This document shows positions 22,907-34,242 of a DNA stretch of 39,032 bases, piece after piece. This DNA comes from Chloroflexota bacterium (GTDB lineage Bacteria > Chloroflexota > Limnocylindria > Limnocylindrales > Limnocylindraceae), in assembly GCA_041177405.1 (NCBI GenBank), contig JBEDBF010000003.1:4591-43622 (forward strand), read 5' to 3'. Each line of letters begins with the position of its first letter. The stretch's first letter is position 1. The notes below the pieces were generated by a model that was given only the letters and a program-made list of their open reading frames with translations, was not told the DNA's origin and searched no databases. A program made the translations under genes and the position numbers.

Positions 22907-24049
22907 CTATGCCCGTTTCACTCGCTTCGGCACGAATGGTACGTCAGTCACGATCGCTGAGACTCGCTCCCCACGAATAAGCACATCCAACGGTTCGCCC
23001 TGTGGGTATGGGGCACCAGTTGCGTCGAGATCCGCTAGCGCAATTGGGTAGCCCAGGGTTGGTGAGTGCGTGCCAGAGGTGATTTGGCCAACGAGACCCC
23101 CGTCCGGTCGGTGCACTTCATGTCCGTGACGAGCGATCCCCCGTCCCGTCACCTTGAGCCCGACGAGCATTCGTCCCGTGCGCAGGCCTGCAGCGGCGCG
23201 CTCCGCGAGGGCCGCGTCGCCCACTGCGCCGCCACCCTTGTCGAGTTTTACCACTCGGCCAAGCCCCACATCGAATGGCGTGAGCGCTTCGCGCAGTTCG
23301 TTGCCATAGAGAGGCATCCCCGCCTCCAGACGCAACGTGTCCCGCGCGCCAAGTCCGATCGGAAGTGGTGCGGGGACTCCGGTCGCGCCCGCGTCAAGAA
23401 GTGCGCGCCAAACGGTGACGGCATCTTCCGCGTGGAGATAGAACTCAAATCCATCTTCACCCGTATATCCGGTGCGCGCTACAAGCACGGGGATCCGTTC
23501 GCTACCGACCAACGCCTCACTCCTGCAACACTCGTAGTTGCCAAGGCCGAGCAGCGCCGCACTCTTTGCGTCATCGAAGAGCGCAGAGGCCACTTCAGCG
23601 CTCTGCGGTCCTTGAATCGCAATCATTGCGGTGGCGGCGCTCTCATCGGTCACATCCGTTACTCCCCCGACACGTTCAACGAGGAGTGCAGCCACTCGTT
23701 CAGCGTTCGACGCGTTTGCGACTACGAGCCACTCGTCCTCCACAACGCGGTAAACGATGAGGTCGTCGATCATCCCACCTGACTCATTCACCATGATGCT
23801 GTACTGCGCGCGCCCGGGTTGTAGTGCCGAGGGACGGGAAACGAGCGCGTGGTCAAGTGCTGCACCAGCGTGTGGGCTGCGCACCCAAATCTCTCCCATG
23901 TGTCCAAGATCAAAGATCCCTGAGGCGCTTCGCACCGCGCGATGCTCATCAATCACACCCGCGTACTGCACTGGCATCTCCCACCCCGCAAAATCAACCA
24001 TGCGGGCGCCGAGCTTCAGATGCTCTTCAAAGAGCGGGGTGCGGAGCAT
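22907..24049 (-). CDS. gcvT: Glycine cleavage system T protein (aminomethyltransferase)
   Basis: 380-aa ORF beginning MLRTPLFEEHLKLGARMVDFAGWEMPVQY and containing DLGHMGE and TGYTGEDGFE. The ATG overlaps the nudix TAA by 1 nt. Confidence 0.95.
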   Translation of the reverse strand: MLRTPLFEEHLKLGARMVDFAGWEMPVQYAGVIDEHRAVRSASGIFDLGHMGEIWVRSPHAGAALDHALVSRPSALQPGRAQYSIMVNESGGMIDDLIVYRVVEDEWLVVANASNAERVAALLVERVGGVTDVTDESAATAMIAIQGPQSAEVASALFDDAKSAALLGLGNYECCRSEALVGSERIPVLVARTGYTGEDGFEFYLHAEDAVTVWRALLDAGATGVPAPLPIGLGARDTLRLEAGMPLYGNELREALTPFDVGLGRVVKLDKGGGAVGDAALAERAAAGLRTGRMLVGLKVTGRGIARHGHEVHRPDGGLVGQITSGTHSPTLGYPIALADLDATGAPYPQGEPLDVLIRGERVSAIVTDVPFVPKRVKRA

Positions 24050-24486
24050 TACGCCAGCGTCAGGGCGTCATAGGCACGCTGGACGAGCGCGCTCTCTGTC
24101 TGAAAGTCCAAGAGCGCAATGGCCTCATCCATTGGTACCCATCGCAACTCTTCAAACTCGTGGTCGTACGCGTCGAAGCTGCCACCCACCTGTTCCATCA
24201 AGTAGTAGTGCACCGTCTTCTCGATTCGTTCACCGGTCCGGACAAATGAGTACGAAATGGCGGCGAAATAGGACAGGATGCGGACCTCCAAGCCCGACTC
24301 CTCGCGAACCTCGCGGAGTGCGGTCTCCTCGCGTGTCTCACCCTCCTCTGGGGTTCCTTTTGGGAGCGACCAGACATATCCGTCTCGCTCTCGACGGCGC
24401 CGACCGACAACGATCTCTGGCCTCCCCGCAACGGCACGAATGACCAGCCCCCCTGCGGAGACGGCGGTGCGCTTCGTAAGCGGCAT
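24049..24486 (-). CDS. NUDIX hydrolase (substrate unknown)
   Basis: 145-aa ORF with the Nudix box GTPEEGETREETALREVREESGL (GX5EX7REUXEEXGU). An AGGAG Shine-Dalgarno sequence lies 5 nt upstream of the ATG. Confidence 0.88.
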   Translation of the reverse strand: MPLTKRTAVSAGGLVIRAVAGRPEIVVGRRRRERDGYVWSLPKGTPEEGETREETALREVREESGLEVRILSYFAAISYSFVRTGERIEKTVHYYLMEQVGGSFDAYDHEFEELRWVPMDEAIALLDFQTESALVQRAYDALTLA

Positions 24487-24628
24487 AGGTGCTCCTGTCT
24501 CGTCTGACTGACGCTCCCGTAGGAGCTACTCATTGCGCCAATGGTAGCCCTTCGGGGAGGGGCGTATCGCTCGGCGGCGCGCTACGCTAGCGGCGCCCGC
24601 GTAGTGGCCGAGTGTATGAGGAGGGACT

Positions 24629-27310
<2,682 letters not shown>

Positions 27311-27319
27311 CGCACTTCG

Positions 27320-27396
<77 letters not shown>

Positions 27397-27408
27397 GAGG
27401 GCTGGATT

Positions 27409-27651
27409 CTAGACGAAGCTGCGCAGCGCCTGCAGTAGGACCATCACCAAGAGTGGAGCGAAGTCAATTCCCGCAATGGGAGGGAGGATCTTGCGCGCTG
27501 GACCAAGAATCGGCTCACTCATCTCAATGAGGATCCGCGCCATGCGACCACTCCCTGCAGGATCAATCCACGAGATCAGCACGCGACCAAGCACCACAAA
27601 CCATAGTGTCTGGAGGACGAGATCGATTGCGAGTGAAGGTGTGAAGCCCAT
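27409..27651 (-). CDS. yggT: YggT/YlmG family integral membrane protein
   Basis: 80-aa ORF reading LWFVVLGRVLISWI...ILIEMSEPILGPARKILPPIAGIDFAPLLVMVLL, the typical YggT pattern. It occupies the usual position downstream of ftsZ-ylmE. Confidence 0.85.
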   Translation of the reverse strand: MGFTPSLAIDLVLQTLWFVVLGRVLISWIDPAGSGRMARILIEMSEPILGPARKILPPIAGIDFAPLLVMVLLQALRSFV

Positions 27652-27660
27652 GGAGAGAGG

Positions 27661-28402
27661 TTAGCCGCGCGCGCCAAAAAGTGCGCTGCCGAGTCGCACC
27701 TGCGTCGCACCCTCCTCAATTGCAACCTCGAAATCCCCGCTCATCCCTGCGGAAAGGAGGGGGCCGATGGCGAGCGCAACGTTTGCCGCCTCAGCGCGAA
27801 GTGAGGTCGCGAAGGTGGCGAAGGTCGCGACGCTGCGCCGCGACTCCTCGCGATCCTCTGTGAGGCGGCCGATGGTCATCAGACCATCAATCACCACGTT
27901 CGTGCCTCGCAAGAGCCGCGCTACTTCGGGCAGGGCCGCTCGCAGCTCCTCAGGCGCAAACCCCGCCTTTGCAGGGTCCGAACCCCGCCTTTGCAGGGTC
28001 CGCATCCGTGTTCACCTGCAGCGCAATGGAGATCCGATCTGGAGAAGCCTTGGAAGCCTCGACAATCTTTGCAAGAAGCTCCATCCGGTCGACGGAGTCG
28101 ATGCGATCAGCGGCAACCATCGCTCTCCGGAGTTTGTTGCTCTGCAGCGGGCCGATCAGCTCCCATTGAACCTTCGACTCCGGTCGGAGCTGAGTGAGGG
28201 CGACTCGCTTCTCTTCAAGCTCCTGCACTCGGTTTTCACCAAAGCTGCGCTGCCCCGCATCGAACGCCTCTGCGACGCGTTCAGCCGATACCCCTTTGCT
28301 CACCGCAAGCAAGGAGCAGCTTTCAGGGGGTCGACCTACGCGTTTCTCCGCGGCGCGCATTTGGGCACGAAGAGCTGCGAGCTGCTCAGCGATGGTAGGC
28401 AT
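27661..28402 (-). pseudogene. yggS: YggS/YlmE-family PLP-binding (PLP homeostasis) protein, frameshifted by a 22-bp tandem duplication
   Basis: Two overlapping ORFs carry the two halves of one YggS. ORF 27950-28402 (150 aa) has the PLP-lysine motif LLAVSKG. ORF 27661-28005 (114 aa) ends ...SAGMSGDFEVAIEEGATQVRLGSALFG. Deleting one 22-bp copy in silico gives ...QVNTDADPAKAGFAPEELRAAL... as a single 239-aa ORF. Confidence 0.85.
27959..28002. repeat. Perfect 22-bp direct tandem duplication (2 copies)
   Basis: AACCCCGCCTTTGCAGGGTCCG occurs at 27959-27980 and again, identical, at 27981-28002. The flanking bases do not extend the repeat. Confidence 0.97.
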
Positions 28403-28408
28403 TGAGGA

Positions 28409-29659
28409 CTACGAACGTCGGCGGAGGAAGGCGGGGATCTCCAGCTCATCACTCGGGACAGGCGAGGGCGTAATCCCTCCATCGTCCACCTGAGTTGAAT
28501 CTGTAGACGGTTGTGCTACCGCGGGGTGTGTCACTGGCGTCCAGCTTGGTGTCGGCACTGGTTGAGCTACTGGCGTGGCGCCCACACCTGGCGCTCCCAC
28601 AGTGGATGCGTTGCTTGATTCAGCGGCCGCACTCCAGCGTGGGCTCGGCTCTTCCCCACGTCCGAACGGATACTCCGATCGCTGCGCTGCAGCAGCGGTC
28701 GATTGGCTACGAGCGTTACCCGCAAATCCGGTCGCAATGACCGTGATCTGCACTTCGTCAGCCAGCGTCTCGTCAAGCGACGTCCCGAAGATGATGTTCG
28801 CCTCAGGGTCCGCGCGCTCTGTGATGTGGTTGATTGCCTCGTTCACTTCGTGCAACGTCACGGTTGACGATGCCGCCACGTTCACAAGGACACCGGTTGC
28901 GCCGAGGATATCGAGCTCCAGGAGCGGCGAGGCAATCGCAAGTTCAGCGGCGGCTCGTGCTCGATTCTCGCCGCTCGCTCGTCCGATCCCCATCAGTGCC
29001 GACCCAGCCTCCTTCATGATGCTGCGCACATCGGCGAAGTCCAGATTGATGATGCCCGGAACCGTGATCACATCGCTGACGCCTTGAACCGCTTGCCGGA
29101 GCACGTCGTCAGCAATCCTGAAGGAATCTTCCATTGAGGTCTGACGGCTGACCACACTGAGAAGTCGTTCATTGGGGATCACGATGAGTGTGTCCACATG
29201 CTTGCGCAACTCTTCGGCCGCCGCGTGAGCGACGGCTGCGCGTCGCTTCCCCTCGAAATCAAACGGCTTGGTGACAATCCCGATCGTCAGTGCACCGAGT
29301 TCTTTGGCAACTTTTGCAACCACAGGGGCCGCTCCAGATCCCGTACCGCCACCCATACCAGCGGTGACAAAGACGAGATCCGAGCCGTCGAGCGCCTTGC
29401 GAAGATTCTCAAGATCTTCGTGGGCCGCGCGCTCGCCAATTGCAGAGTCACCACCGGCGCCGAGGCCGCGAGAGATCGCATCGCCAATCCGAATGCGTGT
29501 GGGGGCGTGGGACTTCACGAGCGCCTGAGCGTCGGTGTTCACCGCAATGAACTCAACACCGAGAAGTTCTGCGCGGATCATACGGTTCACCGCATTTGAA
29601 CCAGCGCCGCCGACGCCAACCACGCGGATCAGCGCAAAGTTTTCAGTCTGCGAAGCCAT
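28409..29659 (-). CDS. ftsZ: Cell division GTPase FtsZ
   Basis: 416-aa ORF with the tubulin signature GGGTGSGAAPV, a long Pro/Ala-rich linker and the conserved C-terminal peptide DELEIPAFLRRRS. A GGAGGGAG Shine-Dalgarno sequence lies upstream. Confidence 0.98.
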   Translation of the reverse strand: MASQTENFALIRVVGVGGAGSNAVNRMIRAELLGVEFIAVNTDAQALVKSHAPTRIRIGDAISRGLGAGGDSAIGERAAHEDLENLRKALDGSDLVFVTAGMGGGTGSGAAPVVAKVAKELGALTIGIVTKPFDFEGKRRAAVAHAAAEELRKHVDTLIVIPNERLLSVVSRQTSMEDSFRIADDVLRQAVQGVSDVITVPGIINLDFADVRSIMKEAGSALMGIGRASGENRARAAAELAIASPLLELDILGATGVLVNVAASSTVTLHEVNEAINHITERADPEANIIFGTSLDETLADEVQITVIATGFAGNARSQSTAAAAQRSEYPFGRGEEPSPRWSAAAESSNASTVGAPGVGATPVAQPVPTPSWTPVTHPAVAQPSTDSTQVDDGGITPSPVPSDELEIPAFLRRRS

Positions 29660-29828
29660 CGGCCGCTCCCTCCGCTTACTGCCGAACGTCAGCCGCGCAA
29701 CCGGGTCTCCCCCGCCATCACGACCGCCCTCCCGTCGGCTTGCCGAAGCATAGCAGCGTCGGGATGGTTCCAGAGAGGGTTCTCCGCTGCGGCCCCGCTA
29801 CGGGGTTCCCGTAATGGGGTTTCCGCAA

Positions 29829-31067
29829 CTAACCGCGCAGGCGAGAGAAGAGGCTCTTGATGCCGCCCGTCAGGCGTCCGCCAAGTCCAGCCTGAGGCTC
29901 CTCTGTGATGCCAATCTCGCCCATGCTCCGTGCGACCCACGAGAAGAGTCCGAGCGTGGCGGCACTCGATGGCCCCTGGAAGTCGTCGAGGATGCCAAGC
30001 AGGTTCCCCTCGGGAGCCGCAACCCGGACTGGTGCCTTCAGGATGTCCCGTGCGAGCGTGGTGATCCCGTCAAGTTGAGAGCCGCCACCCGTGAGGACGA
30101 CACCAGCGCTCGTTGCCTCCGGTCCGGCAACGGCGATCACGCCGGCGATCAACTCAAACATCTCGCTCATCCGCGACTCGATGATGCGGGCGAGCTCGAT
30201 GCGCTCGATGCGCCGTCCGCCCGGCTCGTTAGGAACCGTGTACTGCTCACTCACACTTACCGTGCGCAGATCGCACGTGCCGTAGTTGACCTTCAACTCT
30301 TCGGCAGCGGCGATGCTCGTCTTAAGGCCGATCGCAACATCTCGTGTCACAAAGGCCGCGCCAATCGGCAAGACGGCGCTGTGCACCACGGCATTGTTGT
30401 GGAAGATGGCAATATCACACGTTTCTGCGCCAATATCAACGAGTACGGTTCCGAGCTCCCGCTCCGTGTCGGTGAGCGTCAGCTCAGATGCGGCTAAAGA
30501 GGCGGGGACGTAGTCGTCCACGGCGATCCCCGCCGCCTGCACGCACTTCTCGAGGTTCTGGATTGCCGTTGCGCCAGCAGTGATCAGATGAGCCCGCGCC
30601 TCAAGTCGGAAGGCGACCATGCCGCGAGGCTGTTGAATCCCCTCTTGTCCATCAACAATGTATGAGGATGGGAGGACGTGCAGCAGCATGCGTGAACCTG
30701 GTACCTGGACGGCGCGACAAACTTCAAGGACACGGTCGACGTCGTCATCGCGGATCTCTCGATCTGGGTTTGAAACTGCAACCTGTCCACTGGAGTTCTG
30801 TCCCTCCACATGGCTACCCGATACGGAGATGGTCGCGTGTTCAATGTGGTAGCCGGAGAGTCGCTCTGCAGCATCCACCGCCGCCTTGATTGCGGCTCCA
30901 GTCTTCTCGATGTCTGTGACGACGCCCTTCCGCATGCCCGTGTTGACCGCAGTCCCCTTGCCCACCACCGTGATGGAACCGCCGTCCCCTCCAATATGGG
31001 CAATGCCGCAGCTGACCTTAGAGGTGCCGATGTCGATGACGGCAATCGTCGCGTAGCGCTCATCCAT
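29829..31067 (-). CDS. ftsA: Cell division protein FtsA
   Basis: Actin-like ATPase with IAVIDIGTSKV, VLVDIGAETCDIA and GVVLTGGGSQL, plus a C-terminal amphipathic tail GGIKSLFSRLRG. I chose the start at ATG 31067 (MDERYATIAV...). GTG 31082 from the ORF track is an alternative. Confidence 0.93.
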   Translation of the reverse strand: MDERYATIAVIDIGTSKVSCGIAHIGGDGGSITVVGKGTAVNTGMRKGVVTDIEKTGAAIKAAVDAAERLSGYHIEHATISVSGSHVEGQNSSGQVAVSNPDREIRDDDVDRVLEVCRAVQVPGSRMLLHVLPSSYIVDGQEGIQQPRGMVAFRLEARAHLITAGATAIQNLEKCVQAAGIAVDDYVPASLAASELTLTDTERELGTVLVDIGAETCDIAIFHNNAVVHSAVLPIGAAFVTRDVAIGLKTSIAAAEELKVNYGTCDLRTVSVSEQYTVPNEPGGRRIERIELARIIESRMSEMFELIAGVIAVAGPEATSAGVVLTGGGSQLDGITTLARDILKAPVRVAAPEGNLLGILDDFQGPSSAATLGLFSWVARSMGEIGITEEPQAGLGGRLTGGIKSLFSRLRG

Positions 31068-31145
31068 GCGTCCACCCCCCACTCTCGAAACCCGACCTCG
31101 TTGCGGTGATCATAGCGGGGCGCACGAGGGGGTGGCGCTGCGTGA

Positions 31146-32180
31146 TCACGGGAGGGCCGGGCTCGGCGAAGCAGATGGGGAGGGTGGAGGCGGTGGCCGC
31201 ACTCCTGGATCGGTGAACGTCCCTGCCTGACCATCAGCCAAGATCACCCACCCGATCTCCCGTTCGCGCGTCACCAGGAGGCTTCGCAGGAGGCGAACCT
31301 GCGCCGGCACCATCTCAACGGGGCGAATGGTTGCAGAGTACATGCCAAAAACGGCGTTCCAAGTAAAACCTTCCCCCACCCCCTGAAGCAGATATCCGTA
31401 CTGGGAGTCTCGAACGATCGTAAGGCGAGCAGCGTTGCTCCCAACATCCTCTGGCGTGAGCGACGCCAGTCGAGTGACGATGTCGAGATCGACGGCGCTG
31501 ATCTCCTCGCCGACACCGACAAATGGGACGCTCGTCTCATCAACAACGAGTGGAAGTAGCGCCGCAGCCGCGGCGCCGCGAGCCGAGAGCAGCGGTGAGT
31601 CGACTCTTCCGAGGAGATGGCCCGACCCGCTGATGAGAAGTGTCTCGTCTCCCCGCTGCCAACGCAGCAAGAGCGGAGCTTCACGGATCTCGATGCGAAG
31701 TTCCCCTGGGATGCCAATGCGCGCTCGGGCACTCGCAACAAACGGGTGGGCCTCGGCCGCACGCTCCGTTGCATGTAGATCGACCCCAAGAAGACTCTCC
31801 CCTGCGCTGATTCCTGCGAGTTCGGAGATCGCCTGCTCATCCAACAACGTAAGCCCCGTGATCTTTACCGAATCAACGACCAGACGACCGCTCGCAGCGA
31901 GCGCTGGTGGCGCCACCAAGGCGGTTGCAAGGATGAGCACGACTCCAATCCGACGAAGGAGTGCCGAAGTTTCTGGTCGTAGCCGCCGACGGCGTTCGGC
32001 GCGCGGCGTGTTCTGCGCGGAGTCGGCACCACGTCGCTGCAGCACTCTGACACCAGCATCGGCGCCTGCCCTCCGTCGCTGACCACCAAGACCTGGCCGC
32101 ACCCCAAGTGGAGCCTCACCTGGAGCGAACGGGCGTGCACCACTCATGGTGCGCCGCGTCCGCTTTTCACGGTCGCTCAT
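31146..32180 (-). CDS. ftsQ: Cell division protein FtsQ/DivIB
   Basis: An Arg-rich cytoplasmic N-terminus, a single TM helix (IGVVLILATALVAPPALAA), a POTRA-like segment (VKITGLTLLDEQAISELAGI) and a Pro/Ser-rich C-terminal tail. I chose the start at ATG 32178-32180, which forms an ATGA overlap with the ddl stop. The ORF-track start at 32324 lies inside ddl. Confidence 0.8.
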   Translation of the reverse strand: MSDREKRTRRTMSGARPFAPGEAPLGVRPGLGGQRRRAGADAGVRVLQRRGADSAQNTPRAERRRRLRPETSALLRRIGVVLILATALVAPPALAASGRLVVDSVKITGLTLLDEQAISELAGISAGESLLGVDLHATERAAEAHPFVASARARIGIPGELRIEIREAPLLLRWQRGDETLLISGSGHLLGRVDSPLLSARGAAAAALLPLVVDETSVPFVGVGEEISAVDLDIVTRLASLTPEDVGSNAARLTIVRDSQYGYLLQGVGEGFTWNAVFGMYSATIRPVEMVPAQVRLLRSLLVTREREIGWVILADGQAGTFTDPGVRPPPPPSPSASPSPALP

Positions 32181-33298
32181 CGTCCGTCCCTCTGTTGCGC
32201 AATCGCCGTACGAACAAGGTGGAGTGAGAGGTCGGCAAAGCTCATCCCGTGTGCGGCGAGCAGTGCTGGGAAGAGCGAGATCGGCGTAAATCCAGGGAAG
32301 GTGTTGACCTCTGAGATGTACCACGCCCCCTGCTCGGTCCCTGATGCACGCATCAGGAAGTCCATCCGCGCGAGCCCCCGACCACCAAAGGCGCGGAAGA
32401 GTTTGATCGCCGCCTGATGAAGCTCCGTCCGAAGAGGTTCGCTCAACTCTGGGCTGACGGTTGTCGTCGACACGCCGCTGGCATACTTTGCGTCGTAGTC
32501 ATAAAACTCGCGACCTGGAAACACTTCTCCAGGACCGTACGCGCTCACCGAACCGTCAGGCGATTCCAGGAGGGCGATCTCGAGCTCCCGCGGGCGGTTT
32601 AAATACGGCTCTAGGAGTGCGCGATCGCCAAACTCCAACGCATGGTCCACGGCGCCTGCCCACTCTTCACGGCTCCGCGCAATGCGCATTCCGATGGAGG
32701 ACCCGTGGGCAGCGGGCTTACACATCAGCGCGCCCGCATCACTCTCGCGAACGGCAAATTCCGTGATCGCTTCAAGCGTCGCCTCTCGGGCGCTCGCCCA
32801 CTCCCGCGCCGTAATCACCAGATGCGGCAGCGTGGGCACGTGTAGCGAGCGAGCAAGCTGCTTGAACGCATCCTTCTCCATGCCGAGACGAGCGGCAGCC
32901 GGCGCGGCGCCAACGAAGGCGACACCGGCGGCGGCCAGCGCCTCTTGCACCACCCCAGACTCATCTCCCGGGCCGTGAAGCGCCGGAATGAATACGGCGC
33001 TCGGCCGATCGTGGAGCACCTCTGCAAGAAGTTCACGGAGTGGACGGAAGTTCACGTCGGCGAATGCGGCGACACCACGTGCGCTTGTGTACTCGTGGGG
33101 CGGACGTGCGCCACGCAGGTGCCCTTCTGGGAGCAGTGCAGCAACGCCTTCACGCGTGATCAGAAGTTGATCAACCGCGAGACCCCGCTCCATAAGTGCG
33201 GCGGCAATCGCACTCCCAGACACCACCGAGATCTCCGCTTCTGCGCTCAGTCCGCCGTAGATCGTCACGACGTTCGGAAGATGTGCGCCGCCGCTCAT
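32177..33298 (-). CDS. ddl: D-alanine--D-alanine ligase
   Basis: 373-aa ORF with N-terminal VVTIYGGLSAEAEISVVSG and the ATP-grasp C-terminal motif YISEVNTFPGFTPISLFP. Confidence 0.92.
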   Translation of the reverse strand: MSGGAHLPNVVTIYGGLSAEAEISVVSGSAIAAALMERGLAVDQLLITREGVAALLPEGHLRGARPPHEYTSARGVAAFADVNFRPLRELLAEVLHDRPSAVFIPALHGPGDESGVVQEALAAAGVAFVGAAPAAARLGMEKDAFKQLARSLHVPTLPHLVITAREWASAREATLEAITEFAVRESDAGALMCKPAAHGSSIGMRIARSREEWAGAVDHALEFGDRALLEPYLNRPRELEIALLESPDGSVSAYGPGEVFPGREFYDYDAKYASGVSTTTVSPELSEPLRTELHQAAIKLFRAFGGRGLARMDFLMRASGTEQGAWYISEVNTFPGFTPISLFPALLAAHGMSFADLSLHLVRTAIAQQRDGR

Positions 33299-34242
33299 GT
33301 CGGATCCTCATCGATGAATTGAATCTCTGACGTCAGGGTGACGCCAGACGTTTCACGCACTTCGCGGATACAGAGGTCGTGGAGCTCGCGAATGTCAGCC
33401 GCGGTGGCACCACCTCGATTGAGAATCCAATTCGCATGCAAAGTGGAAACCTCGGCGCCGCCGATAGCACGCCCCTTCAGGCCAGCCGCCTCAATCAGGG
33501 CCCCTGCGCTGCGACCCTCCGGTGGGTTCCTGAAGACACTCCCCGCGCTTGGGATACCGAGCGGCTGATGTTCACGTCGCCAGCGACGAATCTCCTCAAG
33601 CTGCGCCTTGATCTCCGCCGGGTCACCAGCTCTGAGGAGCACGGTAGCGCCGAGGATCACCTCTCCCCTTCCGATCGCCTCCTTGAATCTCGAATGTCGA
33701 TATGACAGGTTGAGCGCATCAGGGGTGAGTTCCACTTCACTACCGTCTGGCCGCATGACCAACACCCGCTGAACGATCTGCGACATTTCTCCGCCATGTG
33801 CCCCAGCATTTGCCCAGACGGCGCCCCCTAGATTCCCAGGGATTGCGAGTGTGAACTCGGCGCCAGTGAGACTAGCCTCGGCGGCGAGCGTGGATAGTTT
33901 TGCCATTGAGAGACCCGAGTCGGCACTAATCGTTCCCGAGGCCGCATCAACCGTGACATCGGCGCTGCGGTTTAGCAGGGTGATTCCACGGGTTCCCGCA
34001 TCGCTGATCACCACATTGCTACCGCGACCGAGAATTCTCAGAGGCCAGCCCTTGCTCCGCGCAAGGCGAACCACGCCTCGCAGGGTGAAGCGATCGCGGA
34101 CCGTGACCAGGAGGTCAGCGGGCCCGCCGACACGCATTGTTGTGTGCTCTGCAAGGAGCGCATCGCGTTCCGCGCGTAACCCAAGTCTTCGCTCGAGCTC
34201 GCGTGCCGCCTCATCGCGCGCCTCCCAGGTTGCTGCCATCAT
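33295..34242 (-). CDS. murB: UDP-N-acetylenolpyruvoylglucosamine reductase
   Basis: 315-aa ORF with FAD-binding pattern HTTMRVGGPADLLV...ILGRGSNVVISD and C-terminal AGSVFRNP...LIEAAGLKG. It has 4-nt overlaps with murG and ddl. Confidence 0.92.
   Translation of the reverse strand: MMAATWEARDEAARELERRLGLRAERDALLAEHTTMRVGGPADLLVTVRDRFTLRGVVRLARSKGWPLRILGRGSNVVISDAGTRGITLLNRSADVTVDAASGTISADSGLSMAKLSTLAAEASLTGAEFTLAIPGNLGGAVWANAGAHGGEMSQIVQRVLVMRPDGSEVELTPDALNLSYRHSRFKEAIGRGEVILGATVLLRAGDPAEIKAQLEEIRRWRREHQPLGIPSAGSVFRNPPEGRSAGALIEAAGLKGRAIGGAEVSTLHANWILNRGGATAADIRELHDLCIREVRETSGVTLTSEIQFIDEDPT

Noticed and set aside
24487-24628. A possible glycine riboswitch or other leader RNA upstream of the nudix-gcvT-gcvH string. 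Also short palindromes in the nudix/acnA divergent region, such as CATTG-CGC-CAATG at 24531-24543 and a CCC-TTCG-GGG hairpin.
   Set aside because: The conserved glycine-riboswitch core sequences are not visible on the relevant strand. The palindromes have only 3-6 bp arms, which is within chance expectation for GC-rich DNA. A covariance-model scan would be needed to be certain.
29793-29805. The hairpin CCCCG-CTA-CGGGG and neighbouring short repeats in the 169-bp ftsA-ftsZ spacer, as a possible attenuator or sRNA.
   Set aside because: It has only a 5-bp stem and no U-tract. Spacers of this size with internal ftsZ promoters are normal in dcw clusters, and nothing more specific could be supported.
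32181-32324. N-terminal extensions in the ORF track for ftsQ (to 32324), tatD (to 16788), murG (to 35411), metG (to 18334) and ftsA (to 31082).
   Set aside because: These are longest-ORF artefacts. The extensions lie inside upstream genes or lack Shine-Dalgarno support. The internal starts give canonical N-termini, ATGA-type coupling (ftsQ) or a good Shine-Dalgarno sequence (murG).
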